Assembly (NCBI RefSeq): GCF_001724605.1
Contig: NZ_MEEX01000001.1
Coordinates: 132,295 to 196,294, forward strand
Origin: Phenylobacterium sp. SCN 70-31
GTDB lineage: Bacteria; Pseudomonadota; Alphaproteobacteria; Caulobacterales; Caulobacteraceae
Length of the DNA: 64,000 bases
Direction of reading: 5' to 3'
A model generated the notes under the pieces. It had not been told where the DNA came from. It saw only the letters and a list, made by a program, of their open reading frames with translations, and searched no databases. The position numbers were made by a program, and so were the translations under genes. Shown here in pieces: positions 62,548 through 64,000 of the stretch. Position 1 is the first letter of the stretch. Every line of letters begins with the position of its first letter.

Positions 62548-64000
62548 CTAGAACCTCTTGGACATCCGCATCCCGTAGACCCTCGGCGCGCCGACGTAGC
62601 CGACGTAGGTGGCCTGCGAGAGCGGGGCGAGGAACATGAAGTTCACGTAGTCCCGGTTCAGCAGATTGTTGGCGAACGCCTCGATCGACAGGCCGTCGTT
62701 GTCCCGCACGCCGATCCGGCCGTTGAAGACCCCGTAGCCGCCGCGGCGCGTGTTGGGATCGAGGTTCTGGCCGATGTAGACGCTGCTCTTGTAGTGGTAG
62801 TCGACCAGGGTATAGGCGGACCAGGTGTCGGTCACCGGGCGCTCGTAGCGGACCGCGCCGTTGAAGTTGAATCTGGCCGAACCGTTCAGCCGCTTGCCCG
62901 ACAGATCGCAGACCCCCGCCACGCCGGGCGGGCAGGCGCCGTTCTTGAAGTCGGTGTACTTGGCGTCGACGAAGCTGGTGGCCATCGTCACCCAGAGCCC
63001 GTCCATCGGACGCGCTTCGGCCTCCACCTCGATGCCCTGGGTCTTGAACTCCTCGGCGTTGGCGGTGGTGTACGAGGTGCCGTTGAAGGCGAGCGTCTGG
63101 AAGTCGCGGTACAGGGTGTAGAAGGCGGCCACATTGAGCGACAGCCGACGGTCCAGGAAGGCGCCCTTCAGTCCCAGCTCATAGTTGATGTTGGTCTCGG
63201 GATCGAACTGGAAACCCCGCATGTTCGAGCGACGCGTGATCTCGAAGCCGCCGGGCTTGAAGCCGCGCGCGACGGACGCATAGCTCGTTAGATCCGGAGT
63301 CCAGCGATAGCTGGCGTCGACCTTCCAGGTCACCGCGTCGTCGCTGCGCTTGTCGACCGTGGCTCCCAGATTCGCGAACACCCGGTTGTTCGACGTCTGG
63401 TTGAAGACCACCGACTGCGGCTCGTGGGTGTAGCGAAGGCCGATCGAGGTCGTGAACTTGTCGGTCCAGTGATAGCTGGCGTGGCCGAAGATCGAATAGG
63501 TCCGGTCCTTCACCCGCGCATCGGTGATCGTCGCGGCGTTGGTGCCGGGAATCTTGAGCGCCGCCGGCGCGTCCGGCCCGAGCCGGATGTCTTCGTAATC
63601 CGTGGATCGGCGGTCGAAATAGAAGAGGCCGACGATGTAGTTGAGGCGACCGTCCGACGGCGACGTCAGCCGGAATTCCTGACTGAACTGATGGTGGCCC
63701 TGGTCGATCAGGAAGTTGTCGATGAAGCGCTGGGGAAGCGCGTCGGGGTCGTTCAGGGGCTGAAGCGTCCAGAAGCGCTTCGCGGTGAGCGAGGTGAAGG
63801 TGTGATCGCCGACGGTCCAGTTCATCTCCAGCGAAATCCCGTCGCCGCGCACCGGGTTCGTGTTGATCCCGCTCTGGAGCGTCACGCGATCGTAGGCCAG
63901 GCCCGGAGGCGCGATCGGCGCCGTGGGAACGCCGTTCAGGCTGGCTCCGGGCAGCAGCTTGTAGACGACCGCCGCGCAGCACTCCGTGTCTTCCTTGGCG
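62548..64000 (-). CDS. TonB-dependent outer-membrane receptor 3 (C-terminal part, runs off the window)
   Basis: Barrel strands end in the C-terminal YGMRMSKRF. The frame stays open from 63885 to the window end by my manual translation. Confidence 0.85.
   Translation of the reverse strand, partial: AKEDTECCAAVVYKLLPGASLNGVPTAPIAPPGLAYDRVTLQSGINTNPVRGDGISLEMNWTVGDHTFTSLTAKRFWTLQPLNDPDALPQRFIDNFLIDQGHHQFSQEFRLTSPSDGRLNYIVGLFYFDRRSTDYEDIRLGPDAPAALKIPGTNAATITDARVKDRTYSIFGHASYHWTDKFTTSIGLRYTHEPQSVVFNQTSNNRVFANLGATVDKRSDDAVTWKVDASYRWTPDLTSYASVARGFKPGGFEITRRSNMRGFQFDPETNINYELGLKGAFLDRRLSLNVAAFYTLYRDFQTLAFNGTSYTTANAEEFKTQGIEVEAEARPMDGLWVTMATSFVDAKYTDFKNGACPPGVAGVCDLSGKRLNGSARFNFNGAVRYERPVTDTWSAYTLVDYHYKSSVYIGQNLDPNTRRGGYGVFNGRIGVRDNDGLSIEAFANNLLNRDYVNFMFLAPLSQATYVGYVGAPRVYGMRMSKRF

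Noticed and set aside
1-64000. Mobile elements, CRISPR arrays, tRNA/rRNA genes, defence systems
   Set aside because: I found no transposase, integrase, recombinase, Cas or restriction-like ORFs. I also saw no arrays of regularly spaced repeats and no tRNA-like cloverleaf regions in the intergenic gaps. The accessory character of 19-37 kb rests on gene content only, not on mobility signatures.

Overview
High-GC (roughly 68-70 % by eye) chromosomal window of alphaproteobacterial, Caulobacterales-like character: rich in TonB-dependent receptors, with a TTGACGS/GCTANAWC-type promoter and many GTGA/ATGA-coupled operons. I saw no rRNA, tRNA, CRISPR array, transposase, integrase or phage genes. All family calls rest on motifs read by eye, since no searches could be run. 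Left to right: (1) 0.1-7.7 kb is a putative low-oxygen module. It holds a receiver-only response regulator convergent with a histidine kinase, then a usp / P-type ATPase / pta / ackA operon on the minus strand behind a TTGA-N6-TCAA (FNR/FixK-type) box. (2) 8.3-14.2 kb is a six-gene group-2 Mrp/Pha cation:proton antiporter. (3) 14.3-18.9 kb holds a PQQ glucose dehydrogenase, a hemerythrin-domain protein and a serine hydrolase. (4) 19.0-37.2 kb is the most interesting part, an accessory island tied together by seven copies of a 16-bp operator (TGGTAAC-G-N-GTTAYCA) at every promoter. The island encodes a TetR regulator, three PhyH-type Fe/2OG dioxygenases, two tandem-domain family-III CoA-transferase/racemase-like proteins, an SCP2-like protein, an acyl-CoA synthetase, a single-chain BC-BCCP-CT acyl-CoA carboxylase, a TonB receptor and an MFS permease. 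I read this as a candidate bacterial branched-chain (phytanoyl-CoA-like) acyl-CoA oxidation system. (5) 37.3-38.3 kb is a long-form purC that appears leaderless. (6) 38.3-51.0 kb holds a secreted alpha/alpha-repeat-like protein, MarR, a 1092-aa TonB receptor, IclR and an MFS permease. It continues with a cluster of two different aconitase-family isomerases, one a LeuD-LeuC fusion, plus an isopropylmalate-dehydrogenase-like enzyme. (7) 51.0-56.2 kb is a five-gene translationally coupled operon: Gfo/Idh/MocA, xylose-isomerase-like TIM barrel, DUF993-like, PmoA-family/DUF6807-like and Gfo/Idh/MocA. (8) 56.5-64.0 kb holds a general-stress PNPOx-like protein and a second operon carrying paralogues of the island families (CoA-transferase, SCP2-like, serine hydrolase) plus amidohydrolase-2 and Gfo/Idh/MocA, downstream of a third, truncated TonB receptor. 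Many long ORFs in the track are antisense shadow ORFs typical of high-GC DNA and were discarded.
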